A DNA stretch of 64,000 bases from Botryllus schlosseri (Eukaryota). The stretch lies in assembly GCA_051294905.1 (NCBI GenBank), contig CM119372.1:39992001-40056000 (forward strand), written 5' to 3'. The notes under the pieces were generated by a model. The model was not told the origin of the DNA. It saw nothing but the letters and a program-made list of their open reading frames with translations, and made no database searches. Both the position numbers and the translations under genes were made by a program. Every line of letters begins with the position of its first letter. The stretch's first letter is position 1. Positions 27,973-40,641 of the stretch are shown piece by piece.

Positions 27973-30797
27973 ATAGTACCCAACACAGTGACCTTGGATA
28001 GGGACAAACTAAGCAAGTAAAAAGATTTTTTTTTGTTGCAAGAAATTAAACAAACACTACAGATATATACATCGCCGAGGTGCCGTCGCGACCCAAAATT
28101 ATATCCTTCGCGACTTATGTTTGGGTCGCCAGTCACCACCCATACTTTAAGAACCCTGTTGTAAGCTAGAGGAAAAGATCAATATTACTAGTCCAGCAGT
28201 CGAAAGGAAAAGTTGCTGTATCTTTTTACCTATAATGGCCGATACCGATATTTTTATCGAAGTGTGACAACAACTCGATATTAGCGACGATCCAATAATG
28301 ATCGGGCTCTAATGTGTACACTAAAATGAATTTAAACTATAGTAACCAATAAAAGTAGTTTGTTTACCATCTAAAAATAGTGCGTTGAGTTTAAGCAATC
28401 TGTTCATCTCGATTATCCAAATTTCCGTTCTCATGAGAAAAATATTTGGTGATACGATTGTTGATATACAATGTTATTTCCAATTCTCTAGTAGTTGTTG
28501 ACGACTAGCCTGATGAGTGTCAGCCTAAAGTGTTCGAGTTTATTCCAATATCAATACAGTATTTAAGAGTCAGATAGTCTGCCAACCGTTATAAGGGGAT
28601 GTAAACAATTACGAATTAGGATTTGTGAAATCGTAACGGGAGAAACGGTCGGCGGCTCTGACGAGGTAAAGAGAGACATCATCGGCGTGAAGTCATTTTG
28701 CGTTGACTGCGGGTTTTAAGTCGCTTTTTACCGTAAACAGTTCGAAATCATATCGGGAATTTTGGGCTTGTTTTTTGGAATCGCTAAAAAGCTTTTGAGT
28801 TTAAGAGACGGCTCATAGAGCAAGAAAATGAGACATTCTGCGATAAATATTTGCGGAATCGAAGTCAAGGTTTCGGGCAAAGAAACGAAAACAGTGACTG
28901 AGATAAAATAGATCGACGAATTTCGCAATCATGGATTGCGGGTCAAAATAAACTTTAAGCATAGTTTAATCTGGAACGCGATTATGAATTGAGCCAGACC
29001 TTTATTAGATTTTTGAGTCGATACCGCGATAGAAGCGATTGTCCCTCGGACATTTGTAGAAGAGGCAGTCAGTAACGAACTATTTCTGCCAATTGAGAGT
29101 ACTCAACTAGATTCACTGATTATTTGATTGGTTCTGAATGATTTTAGACTATATTTCTACTTATTCTCACTCGTTTTCGGTTAGGCATGACCAGGTCAAA
29201 AATGCTTCATGTTATGTTTTAAGGATACGTCCACTCCAGGCCAAATTAGACTTAAAATAGTAACTTTTGCGCTTACTTGGAAATCGCTACTTCTAGATGT
29301 ACATGAGAGGAAATTTACAACGATACTTTCTACAGGAGTACCAACGATAAATACTTTGACCACTTCTGCCTGTAATCTACGATAAATAGATGAATGTTCC
29401 CAAGTTTTTCAGACGCTGACGATACTTCTCTGAGTCGCTACTTCCACGTTGTGAAGTCACGCAAATACCGACATTTTACCTCTAATGACCGATGCCGATA
29501 CTTTTTCAAAGCGTGATATCGACTCGGTATGATCGGCGAACTAATCACAATCCGATTACAATGGATAGTGCTTTAATCTCAACGCTCGGTTGACATCTGG
29601 CGGTCGTAAATTTCTGGCTTGCTCAAATATATGAAGTTCGGCAGAATTAGGAATAAACTACACTTTTTCTCCCAAATTAGCAAACTATTCCATTCCTAAT
29701 TAGAAGCAAATCCAACAAAAATCGAGTTCAATTCATATCAAATCAGAGTTGATCCCCATAATCACGAGAATGGCAAATGTCTGTACAGCGAATGCGGCTC
29801 GTTTTGCACTATACAGTTTTCGTGCAGCATTCTCAGGGAAACAAGAAATTAGATCAGAATCAGAATGAGACCTTGGAAACATTTCACAAATTAGATTACC
29901 GGCATTTCGATCTAAGTGGAGCAATGGGACAATTACAATTATCTAGTTTTTCACGTCTGGTCGCAACAAATGATTTATCCGTTTGTAATTTATGGCGTCA
30001 GAGAAATATTTCGAGAATTATTCGACGTAATCTTGACTAACAGCAATAAAAACAAGGTATCGTGCGTATTTTATCGTACGAAGTAAATATGATTTACCAT
30101 GTAGGCTACGACACAGTTCGACGTCATGTTAGTTGCGTCGCGGTAAAACTGGTTTTTCGAAGGACCAAAGCTATTCGTAACCTATGGCGGAATTCAACAC
30201 AATATTTACTGCAATCGCATAGTCGTGAAAATACGGCTTGGCACAAATAAGCGATATGTCTAGATAAGTACCGAAAAAACTCGGGTCGAGTCACGTCAAC
30301 TGGCCACCGTAGTGGCATTAACTTAATGTACTGTCTTAACATAACTGCTTCGACTGCCAATAAATAGTAGGTGAGATATTTACTATAGCTTCTCCCATCC
30401 GCGTTATCCGAGCTGTTGTCGTGATATAAGGTGACTATGTATTGCCTAAATATGAATCTACCATACAGCAGACTTGGACCACTAAATATAATTTTAGTTG
30501 TCTGCTTGTACTAATTAGAGCGAAATTCCAGCAATCTTATTTACGTAATGTTTCTATGACTTTAGCTCAATTCCAGTCTAATTTCTGGTTTTCGTGAGAA
30601 TTGTGTCGAGCTAAACGAGCCACGCTTTCCGTACTGACATAATAATTCCCAGCTCATTCGCAATTCATTAATTTAATCCTCATAAAAATATAATTGAATA
30701 AGTTCCTTCGGTATTGAATCTAGTCAGCTGTGTTTTAGTTAGCTGCGGTCTATTTCTAGTTCTAGTTGCTAGTTTTGAAAAGTGGCTGGTTCTAGTT

Positions 30798-31684
30798 CAG
30801 TGGTTCTTAACCATGTCGCCAGCGCCCAACCGAGGCTATTTGGCTTTCAAACACTCAGGGGTGATGTGGTGGCGCTGGGACGTTATGGTGGCGCTGGGAT
30901 ATAATGGTGGCGCGAAATAATAATAGCGAAACTGCACAGATGGTGTAATAGTTGTCATAGAGATACAAAGCTCTATAGTTCTTCTCCTTGAGATCTCGTT
31001 GCAAAATTCATCCATTCCAAACAAAATTCATCAATTATCCAAAATTTTCGCGAAATATACCGAGTCCCGATGATTTATTTAGTGTTTCCACGAATGCAGC
31101 GGTTACTTTATTTCATCTGGAATGTGTTTTTTCGCTTCATGCGCGTAGTTGAAGATAGCAAATCTCTCTTAACATAGTTCCGGCACACTGGATAGGGGTT
31201 ATCCAACAACATATTTTGAACTAGGTAATATATATAGCATGCAGCAGACTGCGTCTCGAAATTTGGAAGAGTGGCTTTATACTGCTTTTGAGAGTGACAG
31301 CCATTTTTTCAGTAGACATGATTTGAAGCTGTCTGACCACAACTATTACCTAAATATCCTTGTTTTCGAGAGCTACAAAACACAACGTCACCTAATCAGG
31401 GTGTATACAACTATACATTGGGCTCACAACCTATGGGTATGAGCCCGTATCCAACAGTTGTTATAAGAACATTGATTTCATCCCGAGAATAGTGCATACA
31501 ATTAGTAGATTGTTAATGAGTCCAGTGGTCATCGGGCGCGATTCAAGCGCGAAATAATCCCAATATACAAGTCCAAACCTGCGGTAAAATGGACCGGACT
31601 TGGGCCCCTACCCTATCGTCTTGAGTGTTGTCCTTAAAACATGGGTAGGGGGGGGCGCTGGGAGTAAAAAGTTAAGAACCACTG
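30798..31684. mobile_element. hAT Charlie-type MITE inserted in an AACTAG-repeat MITE
   Basis: TIR CAGTGGTTCTTAAC / GTTAAGAACCACTG; TSD TTCTAGTT / CTCTAGTT. Confidence 0.85.
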
Positions 31685-32550
31685 CTCTAGTTCTAGTTGA
31701 GCATTTTAAAATTACAGTAGTTGTGGTTCTAGTTGCGAGATTTGTAATGTGAGTAGTTTTATTTCTAGTTGCAGATTTCGGAAATCAAGTACTTCTAGTT
31801 CTAGGCGCGCGTTTTGAAATTCCAGTAGTTTGCACTACTCCGGTAACGTAACGAAATGTTTTCAATGCGCTCCGACAATGAAAACACATAGATAACATCA
31901 ATTTCGAGTCCGATCATTTCGTATAGGACGCGCTAAATTTGTTTACTTACCGGGATGTGTCTCCCGAGCAGCGCGTATTGTCGCTACGAAATTTATGATG
32001 CCGCACTTTACATCCATTCCCACTCGTAATGTATCGTTAAACAATCGACAGCCCGATAAAAACCGCGCGTATGGAATTTCTATTCAACGAAAATATGATT
32101 CACAAGCGCACACACGAGATATAGTTTTGGTTAAAATTTAATACGCGCGTGTTTGTTACAAGCCGCGCGTGGTGTGGACGATCTCCGTCCCTCCTTCCAT
32201 TATCTATATTTGTGTGGTTTGCGCCAAGTTACGAGAAATTGTTTGACTACGGGCCGGCGGAAAAATACACAAACTGTGTGTGTGCGTTCACAATGTCAAC
32301 GTAAGCAACTAAGCAATGCAAGAGCCCTCTCGAAGTTGGTGCGTTTCCATCGCCTCTTCTCGAATGTAAACACGCGTTTTATAATGCTTCTCATACGCAT
32401 ATCCGACCCGTGTCATACCGTTCTGTGCGATTCATACATTATTGATAGAGCTATATTTACGTTACGGCTTCAAATTGTGACTCGCAATTGTAGGGAATAT
32501 AACAAGAAGACCGAATACACATTACTGATCATTAAATTAGGCTTAGTCTT

Positions 32551-32689
32551 CCTTGGCCAAGGTGGGTGTCTGATTCCATAGACAACTCCTAGTCGCTTCG
32601 ACATCTTCCTTTCTTTTCATTGTATCGCATTTTTTTGTGGTGTATTGAACTGATAAAATTGCTAATAAACCAATGATGATGATGATGAT
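32551..32689 (+). mobile_element. 5'-truncated non-LTR retroelement tail; second copy 57279-57417(-), diverged relative ~62790-62900
   Basis: ~140-bp near-identical copies ending AATAAACCA(ATG)n. Confidence 0.7.
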
Positions 32690-34129
32690 ATGAACGAAGA
32701 ACAATACACAGCCAATGACGCCTAACCCTAATGTAATACGCGCGCGCAGGAACCGTACAGATGTATTCACGTTGCAGCTTGAAGTTGTGACTCGCAATTC
32801 AAGCTAATGTCATAGAAATGCTGATTAATGTTTTACTGAATGCCGTGTACAGATTAGTGACAACTGATCAAGATCAGTGGTCATTAAAGTAGTCGTTGGC
32901 TTCCTTTGGATATGCACGCACAATTGCACAATGCACATCTCACAGCCAAGCGTGAAGTGTTGGAGGTTTATCTCGACTCCTTCTCGCCATCTGATCCGCG
33001 TAAACTGTATCTTAAAAAGCCTAGAAGAGGGCCATGCTACAAGTCGGTAGACGCGGGACCATAATAAACAATAAAGACCTCGTGCAAATGACTATTATCA
33101 TAAAAAATGCCATGAATGCCACACGCAACAGCAACCAATGAAGCCTAAGATCGATTTAATGATCACACTGCCGATGATCACACATTTCACGATAAAACAC
33201 ATAAACAAAATGATCGCCATACCTTAATTGTACTTGATATTCGATCGCGCCAAGATTCTTCAACAAAGTATACGCCAACTTGCTTGCCCGTGTAGCAAAA
33301 AACCGTCTGCAACAGTGCAGGGTGTCCTAGGCTCTAAGAGTTGATGGTCGCGTGTTCCCAAAACATGCGCAGTTTGTTGCTTACATTGCGCAAAGAGAGA
33401 CGGGCCGTCTCCTAATTTTCTGTGTACGTTGTCACTGGCAGTATAATTGCGTGTGTGTGCACGCACGATCGTATACGAGTAAAATAAACATGACTGTCGG
33501 TTGTTATACACAAGAGGTAATTGCGTGCGTCTTGTTGTTGTTACGAAAGCAGCTATTTCGATATCAATTGCGTTTCGGGGAAATGATCGTAAGCATTACC
33601 TGTAAAAGTAGTTTTCTTTCTACTTTACAAAATGCATAGTGAAAAAGTGTGAAGTAGCTTAGTACAAGTAGTTTTCCTTCTCATTTGGAAAATCAGGAAT
33701 ACCGAGTAATTCGATCTGAATCAAGTACTAGGCTTCGAGTCGAGTATTCGAATATCACTCGTTATGAAGTCACAATATAGTATTACTGACATGGAAATTT
33801 CAAAAAATGTAGACCTACCTTTTATGCGACTACAAGCAATACAATGCCAGCTGTATATATGCCGGCCATACCTATTTCATTGCACTTTATGATAATGCTG
33901 TGGGTTGATCGCGACTTGACAGACATATCATTTTCACTTACGTGCGTAACTTTGTACTGCATGATTCGTGTGCTGCGGTACGGCCAATCGAGGTTTACAG
34001 ATATCCCCAGTGAAAAATGTATTATCGAAATTAACTCTTGGTGGCTTGGAACGCATCATTTCAATGCTCGAAAATTTCCTGTCACACAATACTCGACTCG
34101 AATCATTAGAATTAATAAGAAAAGGAAAG

Positions 34130-34438
34130 GACATATTTTGTTTTGGTCCTTGATGTTTTTGCGGCATGTACACCGACTCATGATACACATACACACGATC
34201 TGCGCATATGCATACCATGAGTGCATGATGTGCATATGCCGCTGGACAAGGAAGTGCAGATATAGCCTTTACGGCTTTCTAAGTCATGCACTACCCCTCC
34301 ATGCTATCCCAGTAATGCATGAGCGCCAAGCAGGGAAGCCATGGATATCAGGTCTTTGGTCTGACTCGGCCGTGAATCGAACCCACGACTTACCGGTCAA
34401 GAAGCCGGACGCTTAACCATTACGCTATCTTGTCGGTC
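34130..34438 (-). mobile_element. tRNA-derived SINE (family 2); 3' fragment also at ~41515-41595
   Basis: Minus strand GACCGACAAGATAGCGTAATGGTTAAGCGTCCGGCTTCTTGACCGGTAAGTCGTGGGTTCGATTCACGGCC has Pol III A and B boxes, followed by a ~230-nt body and A-rich tail. Confidence 0.8.
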
Positions 34439-35553
34439 ATTACGCTATGTTGTCGATTCACATTCTAGTACGCGAATCTTTGTGCACAACATAAGTTGTT
34501 TCGTCATAAAATTGCTGAAAGATTTTCGCGATACTGCTCTCAGTGGAGATTTAAGGCATTTCAGAACCTAAGATGCAATGTTCCGTCTAATTTTTCACGA
34601 GTCAGAGCAAACTCACCAACTCACTGTGCGGTCCCTTGGACAAACGTGCGTAACATATAGGGTTGCCACGGCTGGACTCCCGATTTAACCGCATTTTTTC
34701 CGGTAATGTGTGGTGTTGACTAAAGAAAGGTCATCACTTCGGCCCGACTCACGAATTATATACCCACTTTTTTACGATCATATTTGATGTTGACTTAAAA
34801 GACATGTTGTCACTTTGACTCGACCACCGATCTTCCCGAATTTTGCGAAACTCAGACGTTCGCAGCGACGGACTCGAGTTTCTTTTTATCGCATTTCAAT
34901 ACATTTTTACTGAATGAGATGGTATCGCTTCGTGCGAATACGAATTACTGATTACAAATTAGTGATGAACATTTGTACCTCTGAAATGGTCGTCAATTTG
35001 GTCGCATGATCATCAGTGCCTTCTGCGAAAGATATAGGGATCTTTTTTTCGAACCACAGGCGGATTTATTTTGCGTGCGGCACACATTTTTCTGTGCGTA
35101 CACACTTTGTCAGCAGTGCGTATTAGAGGGGACATTGCTAAGATATAATCATTTCGTTTTCATCCACTCTAAGCGAGTGTTTTAACCGGTGTTCCAGCCA
35201 ACAACAATGATCAAGTCTGAAACGTTAACCCGAGGTCAACATTTCATCAGTTCGCCGATACAATCGCATCAGTATCACACCTTTTACAGAAATATCGGTA
35301 TCGGCCATTTGTGTTAGAACACATCGCGATTTTTCAAGACATCACAACATGGTAGACGGGAGTCATCTGGAATGCTACACTGGGAATATCCGTCTATTTT
35401 TATAGCTTAAACGAAGAAGAGGTCAAAGTATTTTTCGTTGGTACTCGAGTAGAAGTAGACGTAACGTCGTAAATTTCTACTCTAGTACAAGTAGAAGTGT
35501 TGATTTCCAAGTAAACAAAAAGTAGCTATAGTCTAGTGAAGTATATTCGAAAG

Positions 35554-37772
35554 CAGTGGTTCCCAACGTGGGCGATATCGCCCCCAGTGGGCGATTTTGA
35601 GAAACAGGGGGAAATGCTTAGGGGGTGACAGGGGGGGTGCTGGGGGTGAAATGTTAGAACGTCCTATCACGGCCTAAAAATACACGGAAATACGGCTTGT
35701 TCTGCATATGACATGAAAGTTGACTAAAAAAAGGTCATAACTAGGGCGATGTTTTTTGACACTTTAAAATAAGTCAAAATTCTGTTAAAATTGTAGCGTT
35801 AGGTCAAAAAAAATTCAGAATTGTTTACGAAGTCGAAGATTTTCTGCCACCTGCATTTCGGTTGCATCGTAAATGTTTGCACTGTCGGTGAGCTTACCAT
35901 AAGGCATTTTACTGCTTTTAGCCTACTTTATCGGCCTACCGTTGTAGAAGACACATTATCTGCTCATTGTAAATCATAAACGGCAAAATGAAACAAATAG
36001 GTTGACATGGTGTTATGCTGAACGTGCCACAATATCCTAACTGAAGCAAAACTGCGTGGGCATTGGTTCTTATATCAGGAAGCGCATGATGAAAAATTGT
36101 GATGTAGACAAAATTTTCGGAATGAAGCAACACGCTGTGTCACCAGCAGTGTGCGCACAACTTCAGTATTACCAGCCAACAACAGTTGCTTTTGAAAGTT
36201 CTTTCTCCATTCTTGGCAAGCTACTTAGTTTTGACATAAACTTTCTAGGAAAGTGTCTTTCGTTGTAATACAACAAATCTTAATTATTTCTACCATAATG
36301 AGTGATGTAACTACTGGAATTATTCGTAGGTCCAGATTTTGTTAAAATAAAGTTTTTTTCATGAAAATATTTGTCAGTTACTTTGTCAAATATTTTTTTT
36401 CATGCTAAACTACTTCGTAAGGAAAGACAGTTCCAACCAGAAATCCAGATAAGTAGTAGGGGAGATGTGGTACCGATGAATCAAAAATTGGAAAATGATC
36501 GCTGGCCCCGAAATGTTCAGCCGAAAATAGCAGATTTTTTGCTGGCTCAGCACTTTGATACAAGCTCTACCTATCGCGCGCATATACATGAATATCGGTC
36601 TTTTCAAATAATATTTATGGACGTTTAAAATTTGTTGCTCGAACGTGTCATCGGTCCCCACCCGCTGGGTCCAATGGCACACGATCCGGGGACCTATGAC
36701 ACATATACCCTAAAAAAACTCAGATGTAATAACTTTTCTTGCTCAGTATTATAATCTAAGCTACAGCAAGCCAAAGAAGAATTTTCGGTCGCCACCGTCA
36801 AATAATAGATTAAATATTGACTCAAATGTTGTTATAAAATCACGTTTCGATTTAGGCTCGGACTTATAAATTTGAGGGTACATACATATTGCCCGAAAAT
36901 CGACAGTGTGACTTTCAAAGAACTCGTTATAGCGATAAAACATCATATGCAATTATTACATAAAGATTTTCTGTACGTAGTCATGTTTCATTTGTTTCAT
37001 GATTAGTATGCTTGTTTATTTTGCTTGATTTGGCTATTGTATCATCGGTCCCCACCCTACTAATTTTGTACATGAATCGTAAAAATTCCACTCAAGGAAA
37101 GTACTGGAAAAAATAATAGGTTCCATTATATAGCCTGATACAAGCCCTAGACTTCACAATAAAAATGATTGCTGGTTTGTTCGTGTTGAAGGTTACAAAG
37201 AAAAATGTATATGTCGATCTAAATTTACTTTACACCCCCCAAAACAAAAAACATCTGTGAAAGACCCCATAGTTCGCGCACGTCGATTTTTTTTTGTATG
37301 TGATGAAAGATGTTGCCAGCATGCAATTGTAGACAAGTTCAGGGAGTGTAATCATGGAATTATCATAGAGAATTTTCAATGTACTTTCGGTCCCAGTGAT
37401 CCATCGGTACCACATCTCCCCTATTCTAATATTATGTGGGAAAACACCTAATTTACATACACGAGGTCAAAATTTGGTCAAAATTAAGTTTTTTAAAGTA
37501 AAAAATGTCGAAATTGAAGTTTTTAGGTCAAAATCTTACATTTTTTAGGTAATAAAAATCGCCCTAGTCATAACTAAACGGAAAATGGACGCACAAACCG
37601 GTTTTTAGAGCACCTATTTGGAAAATGACTTTATTTATAGTCAATTCACCAGCGATCACAGTTAGATCCCGTATATATGACCTCTCTTTTAGATCCGTAA
37701 ATATCGGGGGGACGAAAATTTGTGTCGAGCTTGAGAAGGGGGCGATTATTTGAAAAAGATTGGAAGCCACTG
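35554..37772 (+). mobile_element. Non-autonomous hAT element (same termini as 43139-43507) with dimerisation-domain relic
   Basis: Starts CAGTGGTTCCCAACGTGGGCGATATCGCC, ends GATTGGAAGCCACTG; TSD TTCGAAAG / GTCTAAAG (6/8); QPTTVAFESSFSILGKLL in ORF 36056..36268. Confidence 0.8.
36457..37423. mobile_element. Pogo/Tc1-mariner-like MITE nested in 35554-37772
   Basis: 22-bp perfect TIR TAGGGGAGATGTGGTACCGATG / CATCGGTACCACATCTCCCCTA. Superfamily inferred from terminus style only. Confidence 0.8.
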
Positions 37773-37889
37773 GTCTAAAGTCATAATTAATCGCTTGAGC
37801 TAGACGCCATATTTTTCGAATATCGGCTGAATACATCGGGGTCATCGGTGAAGGTCGTACTTATTTGTGTTATCGATATCTGTTGGCAT

Positions 37890-38225
37890 CTAGCTCATCT
37901 GGTGACCTTCCTGGTTACTTGAAACAATGGTCGATAATGCCAATGAGCAAAGTATCACGCGTGCATCTTTAAAAATATCCGGCACCCAATTTACCGCTCG
38001 TGCATTTTAACAAAATTTCAATGTTCTGAGCATCATCAGGTGAGCTTCCTGGTTACTAGAAGAAAAAAAAGGTTGGTAATACCCAGTGAGTAAACTGTCG
38101 CGTGTACATAGCTACAAATAATTGGCATGGCTTTGTATATACATTTTAACACAATTTCAAGGTTTTGGGTTTCCTCGAGTGACCTTCCAGGTTACTAGAA
38201 GAAATGGTTAATAATACCACTGATA
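37890..38225. repeat. Three degenerate ~140-bp tandem units (GTGACCTTCCTGGTTACTAGAAGAAATGGT core)
   Basis: Core recurs near 37902, 38040 and 38179. Confidence 0.7.
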
Positions 38226-38328
38226 AGAGGTACTAAGGAAGCCTAGTTCGTCCTCGTCCTGCGCTATACAAGAAGCTCCCAGATGTTTACATAACGCAAT
38301 CACTGATACATTCCTGAAAGACTAACGA

Positions 38329-40641
38329 ATGTCGACGTTGGTGGATACCGGAAGTGACTTAAGCTCCATTAACCCGAGAACAGTTGAGGCGATGGAATTG
38401 CCGGTGTTGCCCTATACAGATTGCGTAATGATGGCGGCAAAGTCTCTGGAAGAAACTATCTCTGGTCGATGCATCGTAGAGTTGGTGTTGAACGGGAAAG
38501 TTTACAGAAATGTTACGCTAGATCTCTGTTGCGATATAATACTCGGCCAAGACTTTCAGAAACGACACAAACGCGTGGTGCTCACGTATAATGGCAAAGA
38601 GCCCGAGCTCGTTCTATCATCTCAAGACCGTGAAACCTGTGCTGATCTAGCAGAACTCTTCAAGTCCGTTACGTCAGATTTCAAATTAGTGTGCGTACCA
38701 TCGCGGCGTTATTGGGCTGCAGATGCAGCCTTCACCGTATCCGAAATTGACAAGCTAGCGAAAGACGGAATTGTAAGACCAAGTAGCTCACCATGGCGCG
38801 CTCAGCCGTTGGTCGTAACCAATCACGAATCCGGTAAAAAGCGAATGTGCATAGATTATTCACAAACTGTAAACCGATTTACGGTAGTCGATGCCTACCC
38901 GTTACCTCGCATAGAGGACATCGTGCAAAAGCTGTCAAAATACAAAGTGTATTCAACTTTCGATTTAAAGAGCGCGTAACACCAATTGGAGCCACTAGAG
39001 AGCGACAAAGCGCCTACCGCTTTTGAAGAAGTCGGTCGATTGTCTGAGTTCAATCGATTGCCGTTCGGGGTCACGAACGGTGTTCCCGCGTTTCAGCAAA
39101 CTATGGACGCGATCGTCGATTCGGACAAACTGACAGACACGTTTCCATACCTTGATAATGTCACTGTCGAAGGTCAATCACAGTCAGAACACGATAAAAA
39201 TGTGAAGCGTTTGCTGAATGCGCTGAGTGCAAGAAACATGACTCTCAACCACAGTAAGATCATTTCGTCTGTGGAAAGGTGGATATACTGGGATACCGCC
39301 TTGGTCGTGGTGTTATAAAACCTAATCCGGAGCGCTTGAAACCATTGCGCTAATTGCCTCCGCCTACAAACAAGAAAGCTCTGAAGAGGGCGTTGGGATT
39401 ATTTGCCTATTACGTAAAGTGGATACCGGCGTTCTCAGACAAGATTGCAAGCTTGACTAACTGTATCGATTTCCCAATCAGCAAGAAGTGCTTGAATGAT
39501 TTCAATGCATTGAAAAGGGGCGTGGAAGATACTGCTTTACAGGCGATCGATGACGATTCGTGGTTGAGTGTGACGCCTCCGATGTCGCAGTGTCGGCTAC
39601 GTTGAATCAGGGTGGTCGACCTATTGCTTTCATGTCCCGCACGCTCAACAATAACGAGAAGCAGTATACCCTGCCGTAGAAAAAGAGGCGGCCGCTATCA
39701 TCGAAGCAGTGAGGAAATGGCATCATTTTCTGGCGAGACGAAGATTTACACTGATCACGGATCAGGAAGCTGTTTCGTTCATGTTCGATATGCGTAAACG
39801 GTCGAAAATCAAAAACAACAGGATTCAGTGTTGGCGCCTAGTTGGCGCGCAGTTCACGTACGATATTCGATATAGGCCAGAGGAAATGAATTGTGCACCT
39901 GACGCCCTAACGCGAGCTCATTGTTCGTCCTTTCCAGATGTAATCTCGAAGAATTGCATCGAGAGCTATGTCATCCGGGTGTCACCCGGCTTCTTCATGT
40001 CGTGCGTTCGTAGAACTTGCCTTACTCATCTTTCGATGTGAAAAGAGTATGCTCGACCTGTCAAGTGAGTGCCGAAATCAAGCCTCGGTTTTATTGCCGA
40101 GAACAGGGAGTCCTGATCAAGTCTACGAAACCGTTCGAGCGTTTAAACATGGATTTCAAAAGTCCCCTGGCATCGAACACTGGTAACAGATATGTAGGCT
40201 ACTAGTAGTGGTTGACGAGTTTTCACGCTTTCCATTTTGCTTCCCTTGTCCAAACATGTGGTCATCTACTGTTATCAAATGTTTAGATGAGCTGTTTGCT
40301 CTTTGCGGTACGCCTAATTACGTCCACTCGGATCGTGGCAGTTCTTTCATGTCTCGCGAAATCAGAGATTACCAGCTGTGTATAGGCAGTGCTAGCAGTC
40401 ATTCTACTCCTTATCATCCGACCGGAAACGCTCAAGTCGAACGCTATAATGGAATTTTGTGGAAAGCGATCCGATTATACCTTCGATCTCACGAGTTACC
40501 CATTGAATCCTGGGAGCTAGCTTTACCTCATGTATTGCGAGCGACTCCCTCCTTGCTTTGTACCAGCACAAATTCTACTCCGCATGAGCTTTTCTTTCGT
40601 TTCAATCGCAGGCTACCCAGCGAGAAGACCTTGCCGACTTG
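38329..40641 (+). pseudogene. pol: Gypsy pol (protease-RT-RNase H-integrase), frameshifted with stops
   Basis: ORF fragments 38329..38979, 38986..39318, 39354..39605, 39709..40041, 40017..40205, 40208..40641 carry consecutive pol motifs. Confidence 0.92.

Noticed and set aside
33844..34416. 190-aa ORF
   Set aside because: Chance read-through of a family-A MITE and an antisense SINE.
34360..34438. tRNA gene
   Set aside because: A and B boxes are present but there is no complete acceptor stem or terminator; it continues into a repeated body, so it is a SINE head.
39148..39162. YLDN instead of YxDD in the Gypsy RT
   Set aside because: The element is decayed and I recall this variant in related invertebrate Gypsy elements; novelty cannot be claimed from one copy.
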